A stretch of DNA of 55,943 bases from Octopus bimaculoides (Eukaryota), in contig NC_068985.1 of NCBI RefSeq assembly GCF_001194135.2, forward strand, positions 31,616,968 to 31,672,910, written 5' to 3'. The position numbers and the translations under genes are program-made. Positions 12,951-24,999 of this stretch are shown here, one piece after another (within the stretch, counting starts at the first letter, position 1; each line of letters opens with the position of its first letter). The notes beneath the pieces were generated by a model that was not told the DNA's origin, did no database searches, and worked only from the letters and a program-made list of their open reading frames with translations.

Positions 12951-13205
12951 ATGAAGCAGTATTTGAGTAACTTGTCAATGATATTTGTCTTCTGTTGTAT
13001 TGGAGTGATACTAACTGCAGAATCTTCAAATGAAGTAGAAAACTCATTGCAAAACAATGTATTTAAGGCCTTACCATCTGGATCCTACAGCCAACTGTCA
13101 CCTTATTTACAAAAGTACAGAAGAGCAAAGAAGCCATTTGGTCGTGATCAAGTGAAAGAATATTACTTCATCTCCGATCCATTCCCTCAAACGAATATTC
13201 CTTGA
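12951..13205 (+). CDS. Small secreted prepropeptide, family copy 1 (84 aa), whole CDS in exon 2
   Basis: MKQYLSNLSMIFVFCCIGVILTA signal-like N-terminus, basic cluster KYRRAKK, C-terminal EYYFISDPFPQTNIP. A polypyrimidine tract and ttttag acceptor (12927-28) lie 22 nt before the ATG. Paralogous to 30684-30959. The upstream in-frame start of the ORF track (12915) is intronic. Confidence 0.85.
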   Translation: MKQYLSNLSMIFVFCCIGVILTAESSNEVENSLQNNVFKALPSGSYSQLSPYLQKYRRAKKPFGRDQVKEYYFISDPFPQTNIP

Positions 13206-13696
13206 AAAATAGACATTTCAGAAACAGCTAACAATGGATAACTCAATATTTTTCTTGATTCTTACAATGACACATATTTTTTAGATTTGACATTTCTATG
13301 TAAAAATAGAATTATAATTGCTCTATAAAAATTTGTCTTATTTTTATTAAGTTGTAAAGCTTGGATTTTATTTATGTTATTTTATATTTATTTCATGCTA
13401 TTTTGTGAGCAATAGGGTCTTTGGTTACATGTTTCCAACAGGCCAATTACTGGTTCATTTCATTTAAGATATCAAAGGTAACAAAGGGGTGTGTGTGCAA
13501 TATGAATGGAAAAAATACTACCGGTTTTCATTTAAAAGAATTAGCATTTAGTTTTCCTTGCCAACATTCACAATATTTGCTGATATACATCAGTATAATG
13601 TGCATGTGGACACGGACACACACACACTACAGGTTTCCATACAGTTTTCATGCATCAATGTTACTGACAAATGTTATGTAAATAATTTTAAATCAA

Positions 13697-13916
13697 CCCT
13701 TTAGCATTCAGATTACTCTGTCAAATGTAATGCTTATTTATTCACATTGTTATGAATTAATCAGGTATTATCTCATAGCTTTGAGATTTTGATGATGTGT
13801 TTGTTGATTTTTTAGAATGACATTGTAAGATAGGTGTGAGAGGCTGGATGAGGCTGGTTAGAACATAAAACAAGTAAAATATTTGGATTAGATATGGTTG
13901 TTTAACTGCTAAGGGG
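13697..13916. mobile_element. piggyBac-like MITE
   Basis: Ends CCCTTTAGCA...TGCTAAGGGG, flanked by degenerate TTAA sites (tcaa/ttca). Confidence 0.55.
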
Positions 13917-14106
13917 TTCATATATATATACTTAATAAAGCATGAGAAAAAGATCACAACAAAAACAATAGAAGAAAAATTAAAACAAAAAGTATAAAAT
14001 TTGATTTGCTGTCCCAAAATTAAATTTGAAGTATACTCTTTCTCTCTTTCTATTACATGTGTGTGTGTGTGTATGCGTACATATATAGATATGTATATAA
14101 TGTATA

Positions 14107-14137
<31 letters not shown>

Positions 14138-14307
14138 NNNNNNNNNNNNNNNNNNNNNNNNNNNNNNNNNNNNNNNNNNNNNNNNNNNNNNNNNNNNNNN
14201 NNNNNNNNNNNATATAATATAGGATAAAATCTTTATAAGAATTTATCAAGTAGTCAGCGTGAAAAAACCCCATAAGGAAAAAAAACTCATTGTTTTTTCC
14301 CCATAAA

Positions 14308-14500
14308 TATATATAATTTATATAAGGGCATTAACTATATAGTAATGTCTCATGCTTAGAGGGACTAAATAAGTAAAAAACTACCAAAAAATAAGCAACA
14401 TATTTACCGTTGCTTATTTTTTGGTAGTTTTTGACTTATTTAGTCCCTCTAAGCGTGAGGCATTACTATATAGTTAATGCCCTTATATAAATTATATATA
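14308..14500. repeat. Near-perfect foldback inverted repeat (about 91-bp arms, 11-nt loop)
   Basis: Arms 14308-14398 and 14410-14500 are complementary with 3 mismatches by eye; lies in TA-rich flanks. Confidence 0.9.
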
Positions 14501-14711
14501 TATATACATATATGTAAACACTAAATTAAATAGAGAGATCCAATTGACAATCCAATAATTTATTTATATTTCCTTAGTTTGTTACTTTATGCACATATAT
14601 AGATATGTATGTGTGTGTGTATGTATATGCATATATATGTGTGTGTGTATGTATATGCATATATATGTGTGTGTGTGTGTGTGCATGTATATACACACAC
14701 ACACACACATA

Positions 14712-15447
14712 CAGAGGTTGGACAAAATAATGGAAACACCTTAAAATTTCAAACAAATTTATTTTAATATGGGGTAGGACCACCTTTGGCAGTAATTACA
14801 GCTTGAATTCTATGAGGTATGGACTCATACAAAGGTTGAATTGTTTCCAAGGAATATTTGTCCATTTTTCAGCTAAAGCAGTCTCTAGTTCTTGTAGTGA
14901 TGATGGTGGAGGATATCGACTCCTTACATGTTTTTCTAAAATGCACCGTAAATGTTCAATAATATTGAGATCTGGGGACTGTGGTGGCCAGATAAGATGT
15001 TCAACTTCACTAGAATGTTCCTTGTGCCATTCAATAACAAATTTAGCTGTGTGAATTGGTGCATTATCATCCTGAAATATTGCATTTTCCTCCGGAAACA
15101 GTTCCGCAACCATAGGATGAATTTGATCAGATAGAATGCTTAAATAGTCTTGACTATTAATTCTGCCATGATGGGAAACCATTCCCCACCCCTCAGATCA
15201 TCACAGATCCTCCTCCATGTTTAACAGTTGGAAGAAGGCAGTCTGAGTCAAATGCTTCTTTTGGCTGTCTCCACACGTACACTCAGCCGGTGGTCATAAA
15301 TAAGGTAAAGGATGACTCGTCTGAGAAAATAACATTCTTCACTGCTCTAATAATAAATAAAAAAAACAAGCTTTTGATGGTTTTATAGATATTTCAAGAT
15401 TATGATGCTATGATGCTAGGTGTTTCCATTATTTGGTCTAACCCCTG
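14712..15447 (-). mobile_element. Internally deleted Tc1-family transposon with both TIRs
   Basis: FQDDNAPIH and WPPQSPDLNIIE catalytic motifs (14796-15182). 29-bp TIRs at 14712-14740 and 15419-15447 (26/29 match); TA on the left flank. Confidence 0.9.
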
Positions 15448-15449
15448 TG

Positions 15450-15506
<57 letters not shown>

Positions 15507-16086
15507 NNNNNNNNNNNNNNNNNNNNNNNNNNNNNNNNNNNNNAATTAAAACAGTCACGATGTCTGGTGCAGGCTTCTACCTGGCCGGCGCTTGTGAAAC
15601 CGTCCCACCCATGCTAGCATGGAAGGCGGATGTTAAATGATGATGATGATGTATGTGTGTGTCTATATATGCATATCTGTGTGTGTGTGTGCGTGTGTGC
15701 ATGCATGCATGCTTGTATGTGTGTGTGTGATGATGATGATGTGTATGTGTGTCTATATATGCTTATGTGTGTGTGTATGTCTGTGTGCACATGCGCATGT
15801 TTGTGTGTCAGTGTGTGTGTCTTTACAGTCAATGAAATTAAGTTAACATCTGATGTATCTTATCTCTACTTTAGCTGTAAAGCTAATACCTTATTTTAAA
15901 CTGCATGCTGTGGACTATACATCCTTAGTCACAGGTTTTCAATACACACGTCAATGTAGCTAAGTTAAAGAAATATAATATATATTTCTTTTTGGTCCAA
16001 AAGCACTGGCTTATTGGTTTCCTTGCTTATGTTTGCTGATATACATTGACAAAGGTGTGTGTGTGTGAGAGAGAGAGGGGGAGAGA

Positions 16087-16147
<61 letters not shown>

Positions 16148-19100
16148 CAAACAACCAGTTTAGCACTGGTAATTTGGTGTGGCAGTTTTCATGCTAACCC
16201 CTTCTGGTCTCAAAGATTTTGATGCTAGGATATCTATTGTTGGTCAGTTGAGTCTAGGAATTTAACAAAAAAAGAAGAGAAAATTTAGAAAAGTAGTTTT
16301 CCAATGAGTTCAGTCTGTTTATGTATGATAAGATGTCAAACTCATGTGGCCACAAAAAGGGTTTCCCATAGTTGCTGTTATTTTCCAAGTTTGAGTGAAA
16401 TAGATTGTTCTAACAAGAAACAGTAGTTATGAATTAATAATTTTATTTGTTTAAAATACTGAAATTCAGTATGACAAGAAAAGAATATGTTCCTATATTT
16501 ATTACAAATGGTTGTGTACATGGTTACGTACCAGTTTTCAACAAAGGCAACCCATAATATATCTGGATCAGAAGTAATAACAACTACCACTGTCTATATT
16601 TATATTGTACACATAGCTACTATTATATAGTCACTGAATAAGTATTGTTCGTTTTAACATATTTCTGTTGTGCATGATGGTGGTGATGGTCAAAAGGTAA
16701 ATTGTAAGCATATTTGAACTTATCACAGTAAGAAAACTGAAAGAACAATGATCAAACAACTCTTTGATCAGCTACTTTTGTCTAATAGATCTACTTCATC
16801 AAGCTGACTGGCAGTATTTTTTTTATTCAGTCAATTAGAACAATAATAAGCTGAAATTCACTAAAGTAAAATATGTAAATTAAACAAGTCATGCTGCACT
16901 TTCTTGAATCTCTTGACTAAAACTGGATGGCCCTTGGATTCTCAAGATAAGATGTTTATGAGTTAAGTGGAATATAATAGCAGTCTCTCTATTGTTGCTA
17001 GTATATGAGAGTCTTGCTACCAATTTCACTATTGCTTAGACATAACACTTAACAATTTTCTAATCACAGCTCCAATATAACACTAATTCCGTTAACACTC
17101 AGCATCTTTCTAAAGTTTCAATAACACTAAAAGATATTTTTTAACTCTTCTACTATATTTGACTTTGAACATTAGCTAAATATTATATAATTTCAAGGAA
17201 TATCATTAGTTCTGCAATAATAATAAGCATCAACTTTATACTGGAGTCAATTTCATCAATTGCCTCTCATAAATCTTTGACCTTGTGCCATAAATATGAG
17301 AAACTACATTAATTGATTGAAGTGTTGTCAGCACTTCTCACCCATAATGCCTTCTATATATGTTGGTAAAAGAAAAGTTATGCAAAAAAACTTAGAGAAG
17401 TTTGATTCCAATTAAAAGAATGCATCTGCTAGAAATGTGACACAGGCATATAAAATACCCAGTCATTGCTGACACAAGTCTATTAATACTAATGCTTCCT
17501 GCATAGGCACAAGACCTGAAAAATAGGGGAAGGGGTTAGTTGATACCACTAATCACAGTATTTTATTTTAGCAACCCTGAAAAGATGAAAGGCAAAGTTA
17601 TCCTTGTGGGATTTGAACTCAGTACACAAAGGGCTGGAACAAATATTGTAAGCTATTTTATCTGCTGCTAACAATTCTACCAATCCACTATCTCCATAAG
17701 AACAACAATCCTGTTTACTATAAGCACAAGACCTGAAATCCTGGTATTTATTTTATCAACTCAAAAAGGATGAAAGTATAAGTCAACCCCAGCAGAATTT
17801 GAACTCAGACTGTAAAAGTGGATGAAATGCCACAATTCTACCAGCCCACCACCTAAGTGCTAATTATAACCACTCAAAAACAAGCCGTTGGGATGAATCT
17901 GATAAAGGCAAAAATAGACAGAATCAATCAGACAGTAAATGTAGAATCAGCAGGAAAGGAGATGAGAGTATTAATCATCTTTTGAGTTAGTGCATTAAAC
18001 TAACACAAAAAGAGTATAAGTGCAGGCATGACTCCAAAATAACTATTGCTTTCTTGCTTTAACTCTCTTCCCACTGAGTTGAATGAGTAAGAAAGGAATG
18101 AATAAACAGACAATACAGAGAATAACAACTCTTTAATCTTGCCAGAGATGCAACAAACTACTGGTGCCAGTGAACAACTACATGGAAATGATGTAATGTA
18201 ACAAGGACTGTTTAGTCTTGCTGGGGACAAGACAACCTCCCAAGTGCTGGTCAGTTATTGTTATATTTGTCTTTGGTTACATTAGAATAAACATCTGCTC
18301 TGGTACATAAAAACCAACAAAGAAGTTGTGAGCTGAGATTTTTTACCTGTTTCTTTTTATAGCTGCATTACCTAAATGGATGATAAATGAAATCTGGTTG
18401 GGCAATGCTGCTTCAGTTGTATCAGTGAGTAAATTACAAAACCATTATGATCGTAGACCATATAGACAGTCAAGAAGCTCTATAGTCAAAATGTTTAGTT
18501 TCAACACCTCGGTGTAAAAGACATAGGTTAAATAGAAAGGTTTGACTAGATCATACTTCAATGGATGACCATACTTAGAGCTTGATTGCATGACTGTAAA
18601 CATAATGGAATTTGATAAAGGATTCTGATGTAGAAAAGCATGAATATATAATGTATAATGCTTTTTGTTTATCGTTTACTGGGTAGCAGTAATCACTGCT
18701 ATGTGATCATTAATCAGTATCATTAAAGATAACACTAAATAAAAGAAAGATTAGACAGACTTAGAGTAGACACCTCAAAAAAAGATTGGAAGTAGTAGTA
18801 GTAACAGAAATATATGAGCAAATGTTACTCATTGGTCGTCCATACTTAAAAAAATGTAAGAAAAAAGAACTTATGCATACAAACATACATACTGCTGTTA
18901 ATAGTATTTTCTTTTTGATTTTCAAAACACAAGTATTATCTATATATACAAACAACATCATGAATAGCTGAATCAAAGATACCTTCAATAATAGCAATTA
19001 TTGATGTGAGAAAAGTACTAATGTTTCTTTTCTGAAGTAGTTTTAGTCTTTTATTCAAACAGACTCAGCTGAAAAACCCAGTTTTCTCTTCATTGTTAAC

Positions 19101-19859
19101 TTACATCTTTTTTTTTTCTTCATTAGTGATACAACTTACCTTTAAATCTTAATCCTTAGTATTTATCTTAAACTTCAACTTCATATAAGTGAAACAGTAT
19201 TGTGAACTCAAGAAGTTATTCACATGATAATTTACAATAATGATAATAATAATAATACTGGTTTCAAATTTTAGTACTAGGCCAGCAATTCCAGCAGAGT
19301 GGGTAAGTCGATTACATCAACCTCAGTGCTTAACTAGTACTTATTTTATTGACCCTGAAAGGATGAAAGACAAAATCAACCTCGACAGAATTTGAGCTCA
19401 GAATGGATGAAATACTAGACAGATTTAGAGAGAATAAGTTAAAGGAACGAGAAACTTGAATAAAGTAAAGAAAAGATAAATAAGTGAAGCGTGGCGATTA
19501 AAAGGAATGCATGAATTTAAGACAAAACAGAGAACAGGCGATGTTTACATGGAAAATAAATAGATAGATAATAAAGAACGGTGGGGGAGGGGGAATAAAA
19601 GAAATTGATTGTTAATAAAAAAATTAAAAGGGGAGATGTTGTATAGTGAAACTGCACACCCTTCCTGGTAAAAAGTGATAGTAGGCAGCCATTATAAATA
19701 GACCAGTAGCCAGTCAACAGGAGAAGGTGAGAAGGTTGAAAGTACATGTAGATTGTGTTGATAGTCATGTCTGTGCTGATATAGTAATTATACTGTGATA
19801 CTGCGTGGACATTATAATGATCCAGCTTGTTGAGGATAATAACACTGTACGACTGGGGG

Positions 19860-20700
19860 TTGTACAGTGCCAGATAGAACCATTCTATCAATGACTTCGG
19901 AATATAACAATATCTGTCAGAGTGATAACTGTCATCAAAAGACAGATACAACAATGGCAAAAGGCTGCTTTACAACACCTTTACAGTTTATTCTGGTACT
20001 CCATTACAGCCTTCTTTTTTCTCCTCCTCAGTTGCACCCAGCTAACCCCATATAAAGTTGGGTAGCCATGTATTTGCTTTACAACAAGACACCTGTGCTT
20101 GTTCCATCATACTTTAGCCTTTTGACACCTGGCACAAAGCCACCTCTTGTACAAGCAACAAGTGATTATGACAAAGGAGTGTGAGGGGCATCCAGGTAGT
20201 CTGCTCAAACAGCTGTCCTTATTAGTACTTGATGCTTTTAGATATCACTGAGTGCTTGATGTGAAATGGCAATTGACATCCATGAAGACAATCTAGTTAT
20301 CATTCCTGGTGGGATGACCAAGAACCACTAGATGCCAGCATAAACAAGCTGTTAAAGCTGCATATTCATGCTGAGTGGAGGCTGGTAGAGGGTTACAAAC
20401 CTACCACTCCAACAAGCTACATTCACTGACCAGAGTTCTATGTGTACATAGATACTTGAAGCCTGCCTGAGCTACCTTGAAGCCATTGAGGCAAAAATCT
20501 TCCAAAAAGAATACAGTATCACAGACACAGGATAGCAGTAAAGAAATCATATTTTTACTCTGTGGACAGTGACATTAAAGGTGAACAAGATATTATCTAC
20601 ATTGACAATGTAGATGATGATATCATGGCATCCATTTTTGACACAGACAGCAGTGAAACAAATTTTCCTGGTGAGTGACTTGTATTTGAAATATGACCGG
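19860..20700 (+). mobile_element. pogo/Tigger-type DDE transposase remnant
   Basis: LVLDAFRYH and LVIIPGGMT motifs plus an acidic C-terminus (DDDIMASIFDTDSSE); many frameshifts. Confidence 0.7.
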
Positions 20701-22749
20701 TTAAATTTCTAAATGAAAATTGTGTATTGAAAGTAAAAACCTTATATTTCAATTAAATTTGGAAAATTGAAATACCTACTTAAAAAATTGAAAATAACTT
20801 GTTTAAATGTGCTTAATGACATTACTTTACATCATTACTTTATTATTGCTGCATTATTAAAATTAATATGTAATTAAAACATTTTAAACCTTTCCAGTCT
20901 TTCATTACTTACTTCCTGCAAATATAATTTAGTGGAACATAAATTTGTTGACACCATTAATAAAGTAGACAGTATTTGTTTATAGTATGAAATCACACTT
21001 CCCTTTGTGTGAATTTTCAGATAAAAACAAACAAACAACAAAAAACAGTGTTCCATTCCTACCTCTGTCACTTATATTTTCTGATTACTTTCGTAGCAAC
21101 AATTCACGAGCAAAATTTTACTGCTTCTAGCTGGACATTAATTGATATGATCTCTGATGTAGGCAGCTGTGCATGGTAACCATTACTTATAAGCATGATG
21201 CAACAGGTATCAATATTTGGCCAACAACATAAAATCTACATCCCTAATGCAAACTAGCAAATGTAATGAAGAGTTAATATCATCACAATTACAGAAAAAT
21301 GTAACAACATTATAGTAATTTAAACGCTTCACAAGGCATCTGGACAATAGATAAAACTCACTTCCAGTTATGCCTTCTCAAATATACCCAAATATATGGC
21401 TGAATCAAAAATGTTAATATTTAAGTCTTTTGTATAAAGTGCACAGGTAATTTTCAGGTTTAAAAGGGCTTTCTCACCAATGTTTAAATCAAGTTAGACC
21501 ATGAATCAGTAGAAAAAAAATTTTGCTCTTCTACTGATTATGAAATAAGAGATAACTCTTACAGTAATTGGGTTAAAAGGGGAGAAGAGCAATGGGCAAG
21601 AGAAAAATATAATCAACAACTTGATAGATTACAGAATTGTGGGAGGAGGAATACATTGTTGATAGACAGAACATCACTGTACCATCAAAAATCTTTACAC
21701 AAATTAATTAAATGAAGACTGAATATATACTTAGACAAATGAAATGGAAGGCATGTGCCATCAACAAATATTTTATCTTTTATCTTTCACTTGTTTCAGT
21801 CATTAGATTGCAGCTATGTTAGGGCACAGCTTTGCAAATGTTTACAGCACCTAGGTTTCTCATGTGGTCACCTATCTAAGTACTAGCTAAGCTTGATATT
21901 ACTAAACTTCAGTGATCAGATGAGAACTGGTATTTTCAACGTGACATAAATAAGTTCAGTTTCAAAACCAACAAAAGAACCATGGTAATATCTGAATTAG
22001 ATTCAATATCATAAAAAGAAATGGATGAATAGAACATCACAACTAGAGAAATCTGTACTTCAATGCTATTAAAACCCATGACAGCATTGCTACATTTCTA
22101 TTCAATTAATTTCATAAATAACCTAATACTTATGTTTATGGAGTTAAGTATATTTTTGCTATGTCTAATTCTTTTCATTTTATTATTAAGGGTTCTCTAT
22201 AAGGTTATCTTTGTGGCCTTTCAGCATTATGTATGTTTTATATTGATTAAGGTGTTCTACACAGTCTTGTATGTCTAATTGTCTGAAATTCAATAATCAT
22301 ATCAAATTTCCAAAATGAGTTAAGAGGGCATTTATTACTCTTCCAGAATTCTAATAATCTATTTATGCAGGCTGATAAGACTAAAAATTTGTATGAACTT
22401 GATGCAAATGCATATAGCACACATGAATACATACAAACTCCACTGCAGGTCCAATACCCAGAGTACAATAAATGATAAGGCAAAAACATTAGCTACACAA
22501 TTAAAAATAGAAGACTGCGATAGAACATCTTAATCAATATAAACCAAGCATAATGCTGAAGGACAACAAAGACAATTTTAAAGAGAATCCCCAGTAATCT
22601 AATGAAAAATGAATTAGACATATACTTGACTCCATGAATTCAAGAATTAGGCGATATATGAAATTATTTACATAGAAATGTAGTAGTGCCATCATCAATA
22701 AGTTTTAATACTATTGAATAGAAAGTTAACCATAGATTTGTCCAGTTTG

Positions 22750-23240
22750 ATGCTGTGGCATTCCATTCATCCATCTCTCTCCAGATCTTTCCTTACAATG
22801 TGCAGGATAGATGTTGGAGTAAATTCCATTGAATGTCCAATATGCACCAGGTGGATTAAACGAAAATGTAGTGGTATAAGATGGTTATTAACTAATGTAG
22901 CAGCTACACTTAAGTGCAAGGTGTATATGAAGAGAGTGACATGCGAATAAGAGGAATGCTGGATCTTGGAAATGGCATGAAGATGGAAGTTGCAAAAGCA
23001 TTTTGTTACCAAGGAGATGTTCAATGGAGAAGATGGACTGGATTTGGTGGAGATAGTTAGAGGTATATAGAAGTTCAGGAACCAAAGAGAGTATCAATAT
23101 AACTGAAGAGCAAGTAGTATGCAGCATGTGCGAGAAGTGCTATGATTTATAGGTGTGTGAGATAAGTAATAAGCATGAAGTAACCAAGAAAAAATGGAAA
23201 TGAGAATGGATCAGCAGAAGAGAGAGAGGGGGGGGAGAGA

Positions 23241-23289
<49 letters not shown>

Positions 23290-23490
23290 TGAATTACAGA
23301 GAAAGATAATAAAGCCAGTGGTGGATACTGTGAAGAAAATTGGATGGCATGGCAGGATGATTGGTTAAGAGAATTAGTGAAAATAAATGTAGAGAGAAGT
23401 AGAGGGAGGAGAAGACCAAGAAAGACAGGGCTGAAGATAATGAAAGAGAGGAGATATAAAGTATAGAGTGAAATAGAAGAGATTGTCATG
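22750..23490 (+). mobile_element. Highly degenerate RTE fragment with (GA)n insertion
   Basis: CRIDVGVNSIECPICTRWIKRKCSG zinc-finger remnant and ggagaagaccaagaaagac (GRPRKT). Confidence 0.55.
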
Positions 23491-24999
23491 GATCCACAGA
23501 GTTAGATCCTGCTTTAGTAAGGAAAATGGCTTTTAAAAGCTTGTTGTTCTTTTATTATATGCTTGACATTTCATAATCAATGGTATTCAACAATGTGATA
23601 TCAGCTCACTTGATTTCATGAAGCGAAAGAAACAATGAAAAATGTGAGATGTGACAGTCATCCTTTTCTAAAATCATTAGTTATATAACGTGAAGTAGAA
23701 AGAACTATAACTTGAAATAAAAATCCAGCTACAAACACACTTTCTATTTAGCTTTATATGATTATCACAGTGTGTTAATGGTACTTACTTTATCTCATAA
23801 ATTTGAAGGAATATCTTGAGTCAATTCGAACAAGGAAGTTCTAAATTTAACATAATATCTTCCAACAAGATTACAGGAAGAGAGCTACAGCTTTTTTATG
23901 CCTTGTGAGACACACTTGGAAAGTTTCCAGCATGGGATCATCATGCTGAGTAAAGACCCATGACAAGACAAGACAAGCATTGTTCAAAACCTTAGTGATG
24001 ACTGATGGAGAGCAAAAGTGCCTCAAATTCTGATGGACTTAAAAAGATACTGCTGATGGAACATGCGACATGTCATTGTACCAATGCAAACGCAAATAGT
24101 AGCTAGCAGATGAGGATTTCTCGTTAGTTTCATTCTGAAACATTGTATAACATTTAAATAACATTTGATCAACTATTTTATTGGTATTATAAAAGAATTC
24201 TTTTTAAACAATTCAAGTTATAAAACCAACAAAACACTGCAATGTACACAAAAATTTCCACTTTGCTGATTTTATAGCTTATATGCCACATTGTCCAGCC
24301 ATAGAAACCATGCCAAAACAGACAACTGGAACCTGGGCAGCTCTTCAGTTAGTCAGCTCCTGCTAAACTGTCCAACCCATGCCAGCATGGAAAACAGAGT
24401 TTAAATGATAATGATGATGATGACAATAATTTTTATGATACAAATATATTAAATAAACACACATACAAATTCATACAGTATACACAGCACACACATACAC
24501 ATATATATGTACAAATACATACTGATGTCATCATAAAATCAAATTAAAAAAACTTGGAAAAATCTAACTTAATAACTCAATCATTTCTAAAAACACAACA
24601 CATTAATTCACTGTTTACATCAGAAAATGACTTGTATCCACATGCAACTTGGCTCTTCTTTGATTGAATTTTTTGTGAAGTTGATTTCCTTTACATATGC
24701 AGTGTTTACATTCCATACTCAAGATAGAAAATATTAACAAGAAGACAAAAACATTTTAATTTCTTTTTTCCTTTGCTCTGCTTCTCCCCATGTTTTCCTG
24801 TATCTTTTTACAAATTATTTATTTTTTTTATTGGACTGGAAACATTGTTTCTCTTATACACAGCCACATGTGACTTTGCTCACCAAATATGTCTGTGCCA
24901 ACCTTACCACATTTTCTGTCAGAGTTGGTTCACTGCCCTTTGTTAACTGTCTTCTGTTAATATCCATGTACCCATTTGTATATGTGTGTGTCTTTGTAT

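Noticed and set aside
19517-19960. 147-aa minus-strand ORF with faint Penelope-like flavour
   Set aside because: No RT or GIY-YIG motif I can confirm, and it overlaps the start of the pogo remnant; needs an HMM search.
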